From IMG/VR virus record IMGVR_UViG_3300021371_000009, positions 10,443 to 74,442 of that record: a stretch of 64,000 nucleotides of DNA. The stretch is one strand, 5' to 3'. The position numbers and the translations under genes were made by a program. This document shows positions 19,914 through 29,758 of this stretch, piece by piece. Each line of letters opens with the position of its first letter. Position 1 is the stretch's first letter. The notes beneath the pieces are model-generated. The model had not been told where the DNA came from. It was given only the letters and a program-made list of their open reading frames with translations, and did no database searches. Source of the DNA: a virus.

Positions 19914-20855
19914 TCATCCTACCATCATGTCAACTGGTAATTCATATCTGAGTGACATTTCTTCTTCGATTTTTGCAATCTCTTCCATTGCTTCTTGCAT
20001 AATACGAACACCATCAAGTGTTACACCACCTGGCATTTGTACTCCAGCAAATTTACTTAGATTGTTACCCCATTGCAATTTGATTAGTGCAGTAAGATAT
20101 TTCTTTAAGAACATATCGTTATACACATCAGCATAAGTTGCAGGGTCTAGAATTCTATATGCTTCAAATACAAGATACTCATCTGCTTTAATATCATTGT
20201 TCCAGTCCATGTCTACAAAAATTCTATCAGAATGACGATTAAATCTAATTGGTTTTTCACCAACTAAAAGTTCATCAATTAATGATAGATGTTGCTGTAT
20301 CATATTATAGTATAGCACAGATGTACTTGCTAAGTCAAATAATTCATTTAATCTTAGTTGATAGCGAACATCAAACATATCTATCTGTGTGTTATTTGTG
20401 AAAGGAAATACTCGTTCTACTCCTGTGATAGCATCAGTTACAGGAACATAACCGTTCTTAATATCGCCTACTGTGATTGCTGTGATTGTATCTGTCGCTG
20501 ATGATGATGCACCTGTAATTGCTTCAGTAGTCAAATCACCAACTTCTTTATAAAGTCTTAGTGTAGTTGATGTTGGAGCATCATATATGTAAGCGACTGC
20601 ACTAGATGTGCCTCCAGTAATTTTCTCGCCAATAGTAAATTGCGAGGAATCTGAAACTGTTATTGTTGTTGCTGTTACTTTGTGCTTGAGATATGTTTTC
20701 TCTACACCGTCAAAGTGATATTCTTGAAAGAACTGAATTGCTTCATCTGTTCTATCATCTATCTGGTCAGTTGACACGTTAATATCAATGACGCCTTTAC
20801 CTAGACGGCGCAAGCAATATTCTTGTAACTCGCTTCTGCTTGTTGGGTTCGCCAT
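19914..20855 (-). CDS. gp13: Neck protein
   Basis: P.SR.EL..YCLRRLG..VIDINV, EYHFDG, K.QWG.NLSKF.GVQ.PGGVTL.G, YELP.D...G. Confidence 0.96.
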   Translation of the reverse strand: MANPTSRSELQEYCLRRLGKGVIDINVSTDQIDDRTDEAIQFFQEYHFDGVEKTYLKHKVTATTITVSDSSQFTIGEKITGGTSSAVAYIYDAPTSTTLRLYKEVGDLTTEAITGASSSATDTITAITVGDIKNGYVPVTDAITGVERVFPFTNNTQIDMFDVRYQLRLNELFDLASTSVLYYNMIQQHLSLIDELLVGEKPIRFNRHSDRIFVDMDWNNDIKADEYLVFEAYRILDPATYADVYNDMFLKKYLTALIKLQWGNNLSKFAGVQMPGGVTLDGVRIMQEAMEEIAKIEEEMSLRYELPVDMMVG

Positions 20856-20901
20856 AAAAAATCTCCAAGGTATGTTCTTATTAGTATTTATACCTTGGAG
20901 A
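20856..20901 (-). promoter_or_regulatory. Late promoter embedded in a 12-bp hairpin that covers the gp13 SD (also terminator-like)
   Basis: TCTCCAAGGTAT (20862-20873) / ATACCTTGGAGA (20890-20901); TATAAATA at 20885-20892; U-run then AUG. Confidence 0.7.
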
Positions 20902-20934
20902 AAATAGAGTTTAAAATTTTGACTTTTTTTATTT

Positions 20935-21327
20935 TTATGCTAGAATTGCTTCGACCTGACCATGTTGTAATGTATTATCTGTTAATGCAATTGCTTTCAC
21001 GGCAGCAAAATCGGCGGCGTTATCAACTGTCAACATTCCTTTATAAGCAGATAATACTAGAGTATCACCCTTTGATACAGTACCTCGTACAGAAACGATG
21101 CAACGTCCAGTCAAAGCAACATATGGATTTGACGTTTTATCTAGGGAATAGATAACTCCAATTGCTTTGTTATCATCTGCACCCGTAGTCACTGCGATAT
21201 CATAAGTTCCTGCCGCGGCGCGAACAAAGGTACCTACAGACAAAAGATTTGCCGGATCAATTGTAAATCTTTCAGCAAAGTCTGATACTTCTCTTTGTAG
21301 AATTAATCTTCCGTTTTTAATTGGCAT
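20935..21327 (-). CDS. Stand-alone fibre C-terminal chaperone-like (peptidase G2 / capsid-cement-like) domain
   Basis: DFAERF...IGVI...VALTGR..V.V.G.V.KGD.LV.S...G...AIAL...G.VE pattern. Confidence 0.55.
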   Translation of the reverse strand: MPIKNGRLILQREVSDFAERFTIDPANLLSVGTFVRAAAGTYDIAVTTGADDNKAIGVIYSLDKTSNPYVALTGRCIVSVRGTVSKGDTLVLSAYKGMLTVDNAADFAAVKAIALTDNTLQHGQVEAILA

Positions 21328-21338
21328 ATCTTATTCCC

Positions 21339-22196
21339 CTACTCTTCTGATGCATCTTCAGAGGATTCTGCGGCGTCTAATCTTTCTTGTGCCGCGTCAA
21401 TATCCGCAAGAGTAACTATCGTACTCATTTTATCTTCATTGATATTACCTCTAACATCTCCAACTTTAGCAATTCTTTCTTCTAATGAAAGTTTAGTTGA
21501 GAGGGGTAATGCATCTGCCGCTTCAATATTAGGTTGAAATGCAATCTTTTTTGCAGTTTCTTCATCAATATCTCTAAGAATATCTTCAGGCGAATTAGGC
21601 ATAATTCTAAGATAATCTTCAGATTGAACCATCCAGTGTTTATTCTCAGGTTTAGGATAACGCTTTTTAACTGCAAGTCTTCTCGCCTGCAATGCATCAA
21701 CTCCTTCTTTATTACCTTCTACGATATACTCCCACAATGCTCTAATCATTGCATCTTCTCTTGGATAGTTTGCCGCTCTCATATCTAAGTATGCTTGCTG
21801 GTCTAAAATATCTTGAACAAAAGGACGCATTCTCTTTAATTCGGAGATTGTTGGTTTTGGTAAATGATTGTCTTCATCCCAAACTACTGCCTCAAGTGCG
21901 CCCGCATCTAGACCACTGTCTGCAGAGTTCCATGATGCACCAGGTGGGGTGCTTAATGACCATTCACAAGTTGGATATAATACTTGCAACATTACTGCAA
22001 TGTTATCTGCTCTTCTAACTCTAGAATGATACTCTGTTAATATTGCCTGTTCTGCCTCAGAAATTGCAATTCCCATGGTTCCCTTTTCCATGATTGCTTC
22101 AACTTCATCTCTTGTAGGCGGACCTTTTCTAATCAATTCATCAACTGACTGAGGTCCTGCAGTTCTTTTAACTGCACTTCTTAAATCGTCTGCCAT
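21339..22196 (-). CDS. Tail fibre assembly chaperone-like (XkdW-like) protein
   Basis: L.P..EW, W......PKPT..EL, Y...R...YP......L, VK..YPKP; follows the fibre tip genes; late promoter at 22233-22240. Confidence 0.6.
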   Translation of the reverse strand: MADDLRSAVKRTAGPQSVDELIRKGPPTRDEVEAIMEKGTMGIAISEAEQAILTEYHSRVRRADNIAVMLQVLYPTCEWSLSTPPGASWNSADSGLDAGALEAVVWDEDNHLPKPTISELKRMRPFVQDILDQQAYLDMRAANYPREDAMIRALWEYIVEGNKEGVDALQARRLAVKKRYPKPENKHWMVQSEDYLRIMPNSPEDILRDIDEETAKKIAFQPNIEAADALPLSTKLSLEERIAKVGDVRGNINEDKMSTIVTLADIDAAQERLDAAESSEDASEE

Positions 22197-22244
22197 TTTT
22201 AAACTCCTAAAATTATAAATTATCTACATACTTATTTATATAAC

Positions 22245-22814
22245 TTAAACACCATCGTGTGTTACCGATCCAGATTTTACTCGATCCTCAGGTATTGCAA
22301 TTTCTTTTGCAATCATATAGAAATCTCTAACTTCGACATCTCTATCAGTATTTTCGTTTCTAACTTTCACTTCAAAGGTAATCGCATTAGTTACTCTAGG
22401 TATATATGCATGTGTGAGAGCAACATTACTTCTAAAATTACTTGTTGATCCATAGCGACTATGGGAAGTGTTCAATCTATCGTTTCTACCGCCATGATGA
22501 CTAAATGTATTACCGTAAGGGGTTAACCCATGAAATCCATTTTGCTCATACTCATTAATACCATTTGCAAATAATGCCGCCGCGTAAGTATCTAATGTGT
22601 TTGTTCCTCCGCCAACATCTCCCATTACAAAACTAGCACTTATTTCCATTATGCTTGTTGCATATAGTGGTGTAATTGTAAGTGGCGAATTATCAATTGT
22701 GGTAAATTGATTAGAATTTGTGCTATGAATCCAAGAACCAGAATTTTCTGAAAATTTATATTGGATTAATAAAGAACCTTTCACTGCCCTTTTAGTTATC
22801 TTTTGTAAGGCCAT
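22245..22814 (-). CDS. Putative tail-fibre tip / receptor-binding paralog 5
   Basis: MALQKITK..V.GSLLIQ, ITP.Y..S..E, C-terminal AKEIA; one of five tandem paralogs. Confidence 0.6.
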   Translation of the reverse strand: MALQKITKRAVKGSLLIQYKFSENSGSWIHSTNSNQFTTIDNSPLTITPLYATSIMEISASFVMGDVGGGTNTLDTYAAALFANGINEYEQNGFHGLTPYGNTFSHHGGRNDRLNTSHSRYGSTSNFRSNVALTHAYIPRVTNAITFEVKVRNENTDRDVEVRDFYMIAKEIAIPEDRVKSGSVTHDGV

Positions 22815-23089
22815 ACATTAAAATTCCTTATTGATTAGTTCTGACTACCAGAACTTGCTAATCCTATTGAAATTTCCTTTGCAATTAAAAATAAATCTCT
22901 GACCATAAAGTTTCTGTCTGCCGTACATCTTGCACGAACATCAATATCTTGTTCATTAGTTGTTCCTGGAGTAAAAGCATGGTTCATATTAAGTGCATAT
23001 GATTGTCCAGTTGCATGGCCATGTCTACTAGTGGAAGTGCGTAATCTATCGTTTCTACCGCCATGATGACTAAATTGATTACCGTAAGG
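22464..23089. repeat. Pair of 57-bp near-identical blocks (22464-22520 and 23033-23089)
   Basis: 52/57 identical by hand alignment, including a 33-bp exact match AATCTATCGTTTCTACCGCCATGATGACTAAAT. Confidence 0.9.
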
Positions 23090-23383
23090 TCTAAGTCCAC
23101 CAAGTGAAGTTACTAAATATTCTTGACTATCATTAACGTAAATTGCGCCTTGATATGTATCAGTTACATTTGATGCGTTTTCCGTATCTCTCACGGACAT
23201 ATTTGATTGTGTTTCTAGTATTGAATCGGCATACTGTGGCGTCATTAATATATTTTTACCGTTAATTTGAGTAAAGGTACTTGATGCGGTATTAATATCA
23301 AAGTCACCAGTATTCTCAACGTACTTAAATTGTACTAAGAGAGACCCATGTACAATATGTTTTGTTACTCTTGTTAATGCCAT
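22835..23383 (-). CDS. Putative tail-fibre tip / receptor-binding paralog 4
   Basis: MALTRVTKHIVHGSLLVQ, TPQYADSILE, PGTT, AKEIS. Confidence 0.6.
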   Translation of the reverse strand: MALTRVTKHIVHGSLLVQFKYVENTGDFDINTASSTFTQINGKNILMTPQYADSILETQSNMSVRDTENASNVTDTYQGAIYVNDSQEYLVTSLGGLRPYGNQFSHHGGRNDRLRTSTSRHGHATGQSYALNMNHAFTPGTTNEQDIDVRARCTADRNFMVRDLFLIAKEISIGLASSGSQN

Positions 23384-23394
23384 TTTTTTCCCTC

Positions 23395-23928
23395 TTACGT
23401 TAAGTTATAATGTTCGCCAGCAATTTCTGAAATGGTTATAAAACCATCTTGAAAACTTACCGTAGCACTTGTATTTTCCATTGCAACCCATGTTCCTACT
23501 TCTTGAGCGGCAGTTGATCCTGGAGCATGAATATGGTTCATGTAAATTGCTGTTCCCATGCCATAATGTCTCCAGTTCTGTCTACCATTTCCTTCTCCAA
23601 ACTGTTGGTTTTGATGGTTGTGATTGCCGCCGCGAGATTGATTGGTCCCAATAATTCCTTTTTGAATGTATTCATCACTGCCATTTACTACAAATTTTGC
23701 CATACCCGAATGATATCCGGCAACGCCTGCGCCAGACGAGGTTAATTGTGCAGAACCAGTGCAAACAAGTTCTAAGTGACTATCACTGTATTGCGGTGTA
23801 ACAGTTGTGTTATCACCCCACTGAACAAAGGTGGAACTATTATTTGTCACATTAGAAAAATCTTTACCATAATGTGCAATTAACACCGATCCATATACAA
23901 TGTGTTTAGTTACTTTTGTTAATGCCAT
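23395..23928 (-). CDS. Putative tail-fibre tip / receptor-binding paralog 3
   Basis: MALTKVTKHIVYGSVLI, TPQYSDSHLE, PGST, ISEIA. Confidence 0.6.
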   Translation of the reverse strand: MALTKVTKHIVYGSVLIAHYGKDFSNVTNNSSTFVQWGDNTTVTPQYSDSHLELVCTGSAQLTSSGAGVAGYHSGMAKFVVNGSDEYIQKGIIGTNQSRGGNHNHQNQQFGEGNGRQNWRHYGMGTAIYMNHIHAPGSTAAQEVGTWVAMENTSATVSFQDGFITISEIAGEHYNLT

Positions 23929-23955
23929 TTCCCATATTCCTTTTTATATATCTAT

Positions 23956-24477
23956 TTATGTAAGATTAAAACCTAAGTCAGATAACTCTGAAACGGTCAT
24001 AAAACCACCTTGAAAAATAACTGGCGGAGATGTAGTAGCAATCTGACATTGTATTTCTTGTTTATTATTACTGACTAATTGATATAGATGGTTTAAATAT
24101 ACTGTTGATCCTGTTCCATAAACTCTAAAGTTCTGTCTACCATTTGCTTCGCCAAACTGTTGGTTTTGATGGGAGTGGTCGCCGGATCTTTGTTGATTTA
24201 GTCCAACAATATCTCTTATCAAATGTTCTTCTTGACCATTAATCATCAATCTGAGTTTACCTGCATAAAATCCAGCGGCCAGGTTACCGGTTAGTTGAGC
24301 AGAACCTGTTACTACTACTTCGATTATATTTTTTGGGTCATTTGGTGTGAAGTCTAATTGGTCACCCCAATTGGTAAAAGTAGAACTAGAAGTTGAAGCA
24401 TCAGTCATATCCATGCCATAATGCGAAACTAGAACTGATCCATAAACCGCTCTTTTACTCACTTTCTTTAATGCCAT
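23956..24477 (-). CDS. Putative tail-fibre tip / receptor-binding paralog 2
   Basis: MALKKVSKRAVYGSVLV, FTP, VSELS. Confidence 0.6.
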   Translation of the reverse strand: MALKKVSKRAVYGSVLVSHYGMDMTDASTSSSTFTNWGDQLDFTPNDPKNIIEVVVTGSAQLTGNLAAGFYAGKLRLMINGQEEHLIRDIVGLNQQRSGDHSHQNQQFGEANGRQNFRVYGTGSTVYLNHLYQLVSNNKQEIQCQIATTSPPVIFQGGFMTVSELSDLGFNLT

Positions 24478-24497
24478 GTTATAAAGTTCCTATTATA

Positions 24498-25025
24498 TTA
24501 GTTTACATAGTTGTTACTTGGTGTTCCTGTTACGATACCTCCAGCAACTTCTTTTACCATGATAAACCCATCTCTTCCTTGTAAGTTACCACCTCCATCA
24601 TTATTACTTCTATTTGCTTGTATAGTACATGTTTGTAAGTTTGTAGTTCCCGGTAAATGTCTATGATAAAGACTTACAGATTTACCTTCTCTACGACTGT
24701 TCGCTGAATTGTATGCCCTATCGAAAACAGAAACAGATGCGGCATCATTAATTGTATATTCTGTTTGACCATTAACATCTAGATATAAATTTACCTCGGC
24801 GCTATCAAATGTTCCATCATTTGGTGCCCCACTATCTGCATTATTACTAAGTGTTCCAGTAAATCTACATTCCAAAATAGAGTCCGCATATTCTGGAGTT
24901 ATTGTGATATTATCCCAATTTGCAATGGACGTTGCCGCGTGATCCAAGTTACCCATATCTTTATAACGAACTTGAACGATAGTCGCTCCATACACAATGT
25001 GTTTAGTTAATTTTGTCAGTGCCAT
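24498..25025 (-). CDS. Putative tail-fibre tip / receptor-binding paralog 1
   Basis: MALTKLTKHIVYGATIVQ, ITPEYADSILE, PGTT, VKEVA. Confidence 0.6.
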   Translation of the reverse strand: MALTKLTKHIVYGATIVQVRYKDMGNLDHAATSIANWDNITITPEYADSILECRFTGTLSNNADSGAPNDGTFDSAEVNLYLDVNGQTEYTINDAASVSVFDRAYNSANSRREGKSVSLYHRHLPGTTNLQTCTIQANRSNNDGGGNLQGRDGFIMVKEVAGGIVTGTPSNNYVN

Positions 25026-25037
25026 TTTTATTACCCT

Positions 25038-27416
25038 TTAAATAAATCTTACAACTTCAAGTTTTTGCTCATTGACAGGTATAGATGTCATATACAACTT
25101 ATTACCCACAATTACATATTGAGTTGGGTCTTGTAACTCTCCCTCTAAGAACACTAGAAGTTTTTGTTCGTTATATGTATCTTGCACAGTTCCGAATGAA
25201 TGCTTCTCAAATACAAGTTCTCCCATATCAAAAATCTGCTGTGAACCATTACACTTGAATACTAGTTTCTTCGTTTCTAAGTCAGTCTCACTTGAAGTTC
25301 CTGAGTATGTTGTAATGTCGAAAATACCTTGCACTTCAATAAACGCATCTTGAGAAGGTGCAGTATTAAATGTCAATGTAGTTCCACTCAAAGCATATTC
25401 TTCATCTCTAAGTACTTTACCATTGATTACTACAAGAACACCAAAGTCGTTAGGTGTAGTTGTTGAGGTGAATGGAATTGTGAATTGAGTAGCAGAACCA
25501 GTTCCTCTCAATACTACTTTTCTTCTATTTGTTGCCGCGACTTCTGTACACTTCAATACTTTACAATCAATAACAGAACCGAATGCTGGATGTTCATCAA
25601 AGAAACATAACTTATTTTTCTCTACAAAGTAGGAATCATCATTCTGATATACACCATCAATATGAACAATAACACTATCGTCAGATGATGGATGTAATTC
25701 GATAAGACCAGTTGCTTCATCTAAAAGTCTAACAAACATGTGGTCACCAGCACCAGTTGATGCAATACCAGTCATTGTTACTGTCTTCGCGTCTTGTGTA
25801 TTATGTCCGGCGCCGGGAGTAAGTGTTTCAAACATAATCAATTCGACTTTTACTGATTGGTCAGATGAACCAGGATTTCCCCCTAGTGTCAAAGTTTGAC
25901 CAGATATTGACCATGTGTCTCTTGCCTGAATAATACCATCAACAATAACTAAGAACATTTCTTCATTTGCGGCATTAGCAGACTGAGTTGAGAATGTTCC
26001 ATGTCTGCTTGTATAACCAGATGCGGTTGTAAATGTATTTGCTGAACCGTTCGATGTCCATGTTGCACGACTAATTGCTGTGTCTGCTAATAGTGAAACA
26101 TCATCGTTACCTATCAGACTTTTCATGTCTCTGATTTCAATTTTAGGTGCTTGGTCATCAACGCCAACTCTAGAACCAATATTTACTATTTGATTTGATG
26201 CTCCAGAACCTTCATTGAAGTCTGCAGAAACTACAGTGTACTCATCATAAGGTTGAATAATACCATCAATAGCAACAATCAAATCTGCTTCATCAGTTGA
26301 TAAGTCATAAGTTGTTTCTTTTTGATATACGTTATTTGTAGTATCCCAGTGATGATTGTTTACATCAAAGTATTGCTGACCTTCATTATCTGTGATTGCA
26401 GTGATAGTCAATGTCGCATCATTAGTTGAACCAGATTGAATGATTGTCAATACTTCGTTATTCTGATAGTTGTATGCAAATTCACCATTTGCTAAGTCGG
26501 TATTGATTGTAACACCAGTTACAATACCACCAGCGGCGGTGATGTTTACTCTGAATCCTTGACCAGAACCGCCTCTTGCTTCTAGATTGTTTGCTGATGT
26601 ATATCCTGAAGTACCAGCGTTTGTTGGTCCACTAATAGTTGTTGGTTGACCATTAATGTTTTTACCCATCAGAACTCTTCGGTTAAGATTGGTATACATT
26701 GTGCTTTTAAGACCTCTAAATTCAATTGGTGTATTTTCAGTCAATACACTTTCATGAACATACTTATATTCGTTTACAAGAGCATACTCATTATGATTAG
26801 ACATTACAGATGCACTTGCGCCGCCTCTAAAGACAAGAAGATTGTGTTCAGCATCAGTCTTTTGATGCATAGGAACAATATTCTGCAATCCATCGGTGAT
26901 TGCTCTTGTTCTTACAATTGCTAGACTGTTTGATGCTTGCACATTACCAGATGGATCAATAACATCATAGATACCTCTGATTTCAAGTTCAGTATTAATT
27001 GAGGGAACTTGTGTCAAAACTACTTTATTTGCAAATAGAACATAATCTTTATCTTGAAGAATATCACCATTTTTAGTAACAATAATTGAATACTCATCAG
27101 GTGGTGTAAATCCACAATCGAATATTCTTTGTGTACCATCACACAAATATATTTTACTTCTTACAGATTGAAACTCGGATGCTTTCAGTGCTTGAATAAT
27201 TACTTCTGCGCCGTCTGCCGGTGCATCTGAAAGAAGTACTTTATTAGGATGTTTGAATACAAAATCTTGGTCGTTTAGATACACACCATCAATATACACC
27301 GACATTTGATTGTCGCTGAGTGGTATGAATTCTGTTGTAAATATCTTACGAATCCCATCGGCAATAAACCTTTGAGTTCTGATATTATTTCCTTTAGTTC
27401 TTCCGATGTAAGGCAT
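25038..27416 (-). CDS. Repeat-domain virion structural protein (fibre hub / distal fibre)
   Basis: 792 aa; starts MPYIG; about 8 repeats of xDG/NG...F...V.(I/V)DG..Q....Y......L.....P. Confidence 0.7.
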   Translation of the reverse strand: MPYIGRTKGNNIRTQRFIADGIRKIFTTEFIPLSDNQMSVYIDGVYLNDQDFVFKHPNKVLLSDAPADGAEVIIQALKASEFQSVRSKIYLCDGTQRIFDCGFTPPDEYSIIVTKNGDILQDKDYVLFANKVVLTQVPSINTELEIRGIYDVIDPSGNVQASNSLAIVRTRAITDGLQNIVPMHQKTDAEHNLLVFRGGASASVMSNHNEYALVNEYKYVHESVLTENTPIEFRGLKSTMYTNLNRRVLMGKNINGQPTTISGPTNAGTSGYTSANNLEARGGSGQGFRVNITAAGGIVTGVTINTDLANGEFAYNYQNNEVLTIIQSGSTNDATLTITAITDNEGQQYFDVNNHHWDTTNNVYQKETTYDLSTDEADLIVAIDGIIQPYDEYTVVSADFNEGSGASNQIVNIGSRVGVDDQAPKIEIRDMKSLIGNDDVSLLADTAISRATWTSNGSANTFTTASGYTSRHGTFSTQSANAANEEMFLVIVDGIIQARDTWSISGQTLTLGGNPGSSDQSVKVELIMFETLTPGAGHNTQDAKTVTMTGIASTGAGDHMFVRLLDEATGLIELHPSSDDSVIVHIDGVYQNDDSYFVEKNKLCFFDEHPAFGSVIDCKVLKCTEVAATNRRKVVLRGTGSATQFTIPFTSTTTPNDFGVLVVINGKVLRDEEYALSGTTLTFNTAPSQDAFIEVQGIFDITTYSGTSSETDLETKKLVFKCNGSQQIFDMGELVFEKHSFGTVQDTYNEQKLLVFLEGELQDPTQYVIVGNKLYMTSIPVNEQKLEVVRFI

Positions 27417-27433
27417 GTGTTACTTCTCTCTCT

Positions 27434-27769
27434 TTACGGTGTAAATTCTAGTGCATTGACAACAACATCAAGAGAATTCGCTCTAGATGCTTTCACCTTT
27501 ACAATCTCTCCATCGTTCAAGTTAATAGGTCGCTCCAAGGTTGCTCCTAAGTTTGCTTGAACTGGATAAAGATATGCTACATGAAACTCATTACCTGCTC
27601 CATCGTCAATAACAATATTAACGTACAAGTCTTCTAGGTTATATGTGTTTGTAATGTAGATTGAGTGAATGACCGCATACTTACCACTAGGTACCGTGTA
27701 TAAAGTACTACCTGAACCTGTGGATGATGCTCCACTCACTTTTGTATTTTTAAATATACCTGTTGCCAT
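27434..27769 (-). CDS. Small virion structural / fibre adaptor protein; paralog of 29759..30094
   Basis: 111 aa; MATGIFKN, LYTVPS, I.L..GE....AS..NSL.V....LE; late promoter at 27792-27799. Confidence 0.65.
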   Translation of the reverse strand: MATGIFKNTKVSGASSTGSGSTLYTVPSGKYAVIHSIYITNTYNLEDLYVNIVIDDGAGNEFHVAYLYPVQANLGATLERPINLNDGEIVKVKASRANSLDVVVNALEFTP

Positions 27770-27803
27770 TTTTACTTCCTATCTATATTCATATTTATAA
27801 TAC

Positions 27804-29756
27804 TTATGACATTGCAATTGCAAAGAAACCTAAGTCTTCGCCAAGTGCAGGTGGCGCAACTAGACTTCTTGCTAGTTTCTTCAATGCTCCTCCATCAGAA
27901 GCATCAGCGATAATCAAGTCATCAGCATTCTGAACCGATGTTGCTCTTGGTAGACCATTAACAATGTTTGTAACTGAACCAGTTGTGTCTAGTGAAGATG
28001 CCGCTACTGAACCTGCCGCAAGAGTGGTTGCAACTGACATTGTAGTATCTTGTAAATCTGTCATAGTTGATGATACTGTGCCAGTCACATCACCAGTCAA
28101 AGTAACTGTGAGTGATGGATCGTTCAATGCAACGTCAAGGTAAAATCTGTTATTAGCATCATCATGATTTAGTGTAATGGTATTACCAGCACCCGGAAAT
28201 GAACCACCCGTATTAGATGTATTTTCGAATGAACCAATATAGTCATACAATGCTTCAACACCAGTTGCAGTAAGATTATCAAAGTCACGATTTGTCTTTG
28301 CATCAATCAGACCAGTAATTGTTGTGTAGAAGTTTGCATCATCGTTGATTGCCGCGGCGAGTTCGTTCAGTGTATCAAGTGCGCCTGGTGAACTATCAAT
28401 GAGTTCTGAAATTGCTGTACGCACATAGCGCATTGTTGCAACTCTAGAGTTGTTCTGCGTTTGTGGATATGTTGCATATGTAAAGTTCACATATGGCGGA
28501 ACGTGCATACAAGGACCACCACCTTCAGACAGTGTGATTGAACCACCACTCTCTGATACAAATTGAGTTCTAAAACCATGTACTGTCAATGTGTCACCAT
28601 TTATTTCCATAATTCTTGTCAATTGATTGTTTGCGGCATTTGTACAACCTTCAATCTTACATACATCACCAACTGAGAATCCACTCATATCACCAGAATT
28701 TGATGATGCAATAGTACATGCAGTTTGCTCTGAGAAGTATTCTGGATCAGACAGAGGTGTAATTGTCAAGTTCGAACTTGCACTAAGTCTAACTGCTTCA
28801 GGTAGTCTCTTGTGTGCGTAGATAACTGTAGACTTCTGTTCACCATATGCGTTGTTGATGTCTGTGCCAATAAGCAACTGGTCATCAGCACCCATAAACA
28901 TGTCGCCATCAGTAAGACGCACAGTACCTAGAACATCACTATCGGAATCTGTTAAGTTCAATCTTGCTTGAGCGGCACTATCAGCATTGTTTTCATCTTG
29001 AATTGTAAATGTTGCGGCGCCAGACCCTGCCGCTTGGTCAGAGAATGTAATTGTTCCATCAATCTTAACATCACCAACAATATGTAGAATTTCAGTAGGA
29101 GACGTTGTACCAATACCTACTTTTGAAGTTGCTGTGTTTACAAATAGCAGATTATCATTGGCATTACCTTTAACATGAAAATCTAGTCCTACTTGTCCAT
29201 CATTGATAGTTACTTCGTCAGGAGTGAGCATCATAATAGACTTGAGTGTTCCTCCCGCCATAACATTAAAGTCAAACTCACCTTCTTCTGCACCATCAGT
29301 AGGGTCTTTAATATGACCATACATTTCTGCATAAGTTACAGTTTCATCTGCAGAGTTCTTACCTTCTAACTTGAATTTACCTAATATATCATCAACGGCA
29401 GGAGTATTACTATCTCTTGTAAGAGTTATTGTAGGACTTGCTGTTGCACCATCGTCAGTGTGAAATATATTAATTCCCTCACCAACTATGTCAAGAGCAA
29501 CAGTTGGAGATGCAACATTAATACCAATTCTGTCGTTTGTTGTATCGATTACAAGCGTATCTGTGTCAAAGTTATGACTACCAGATGTTGCACTGTTTGT
29601 GATAACACCAGTCTGTGTCTGAGTTGTGTCAGTAATTGTCAGGTTAGTAGTAGTCGATGCAGTATCATCAATACCTGTCGATTGAAAAGTGGTGATTGTA
29701 CCACCATCAATTCTATTACCTGATACTCTTGGTTGCGCTCCTACATACTTCGCCAT
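27804..29756 (-). CDS. Tail fibre protein
   Basis: 650 aa, Thr/Ser/Gly-rich; RIGIN..SP...LDIVG and KVGIGTTSP...LHIVG repeats; LIDSSPGALDTLNELAAAINDDANF fibre motif; ends FAIAMS. Confidence 0.8.
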   Translation of the reverse strand: MAKYVGAQPRVSGNRIDGGTITTFQSTGIDDTASTTTNLTITDTTQTQTGVITNSATSGSHNFDTDTLVIDTTNDRIGINVASPTVALDIVGEGINIFHTDDGATASPTITLTRDSNTPAVDDILGKFKLEGKNSADETVTYAEMYGHIKDPTDGAEEGEFDFNVMAGGTLKSIMMLTPDEVTINDGQVGLDFHVKGNANDNLLFVNTATSKVGIGTTSPTEILHIVGDVKIDGTITFSDQAAGSGAATFTIQDENNADSAAQARLNLTDSDSDVLGTVRLTDGDMFMGADDQLLIGTDINNAYGEQKSTVIYAHKRLPEAVRLSASSNLTITPLSDPEYFSEQTACTIASSNSGDMSGFSVGDVCKIEGCTNAANNQLTRIMEINGDTLTVHGFRTQFVSESGGSITLSEGGGPCMHVPPYVNFTYATYPQTQNNSRVATMRYVRTAISELIDSSPGALDTLNELAAAINDDANFYTTITGLIDAKTNRDFDNLTATGVEALYDYIGSFENTSNTGGSFPGAGNTITLNHDDANNRFYLDVALNDPSLTVTLTGDVTGTVSSTMTDLQDTTMSVATTLAAGSVAASSLDTTGSVTNIVNGLPRATSVQNADDLIIADASDGGALKKLARSLVAPPALGEDLGFFAIAMS

Positions 29757-29758
29757 GA

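Noticed and set aside
22245-25025. Diversity-generating retroelement acting on the tip paralogs
   Set aside because: All 5 mismatches in the first block involve an A, but the second pair has non-A mismatches (GGA/GCA, TGG/TTT); there is no reverse transcriptase or non-coding template repeat in the window
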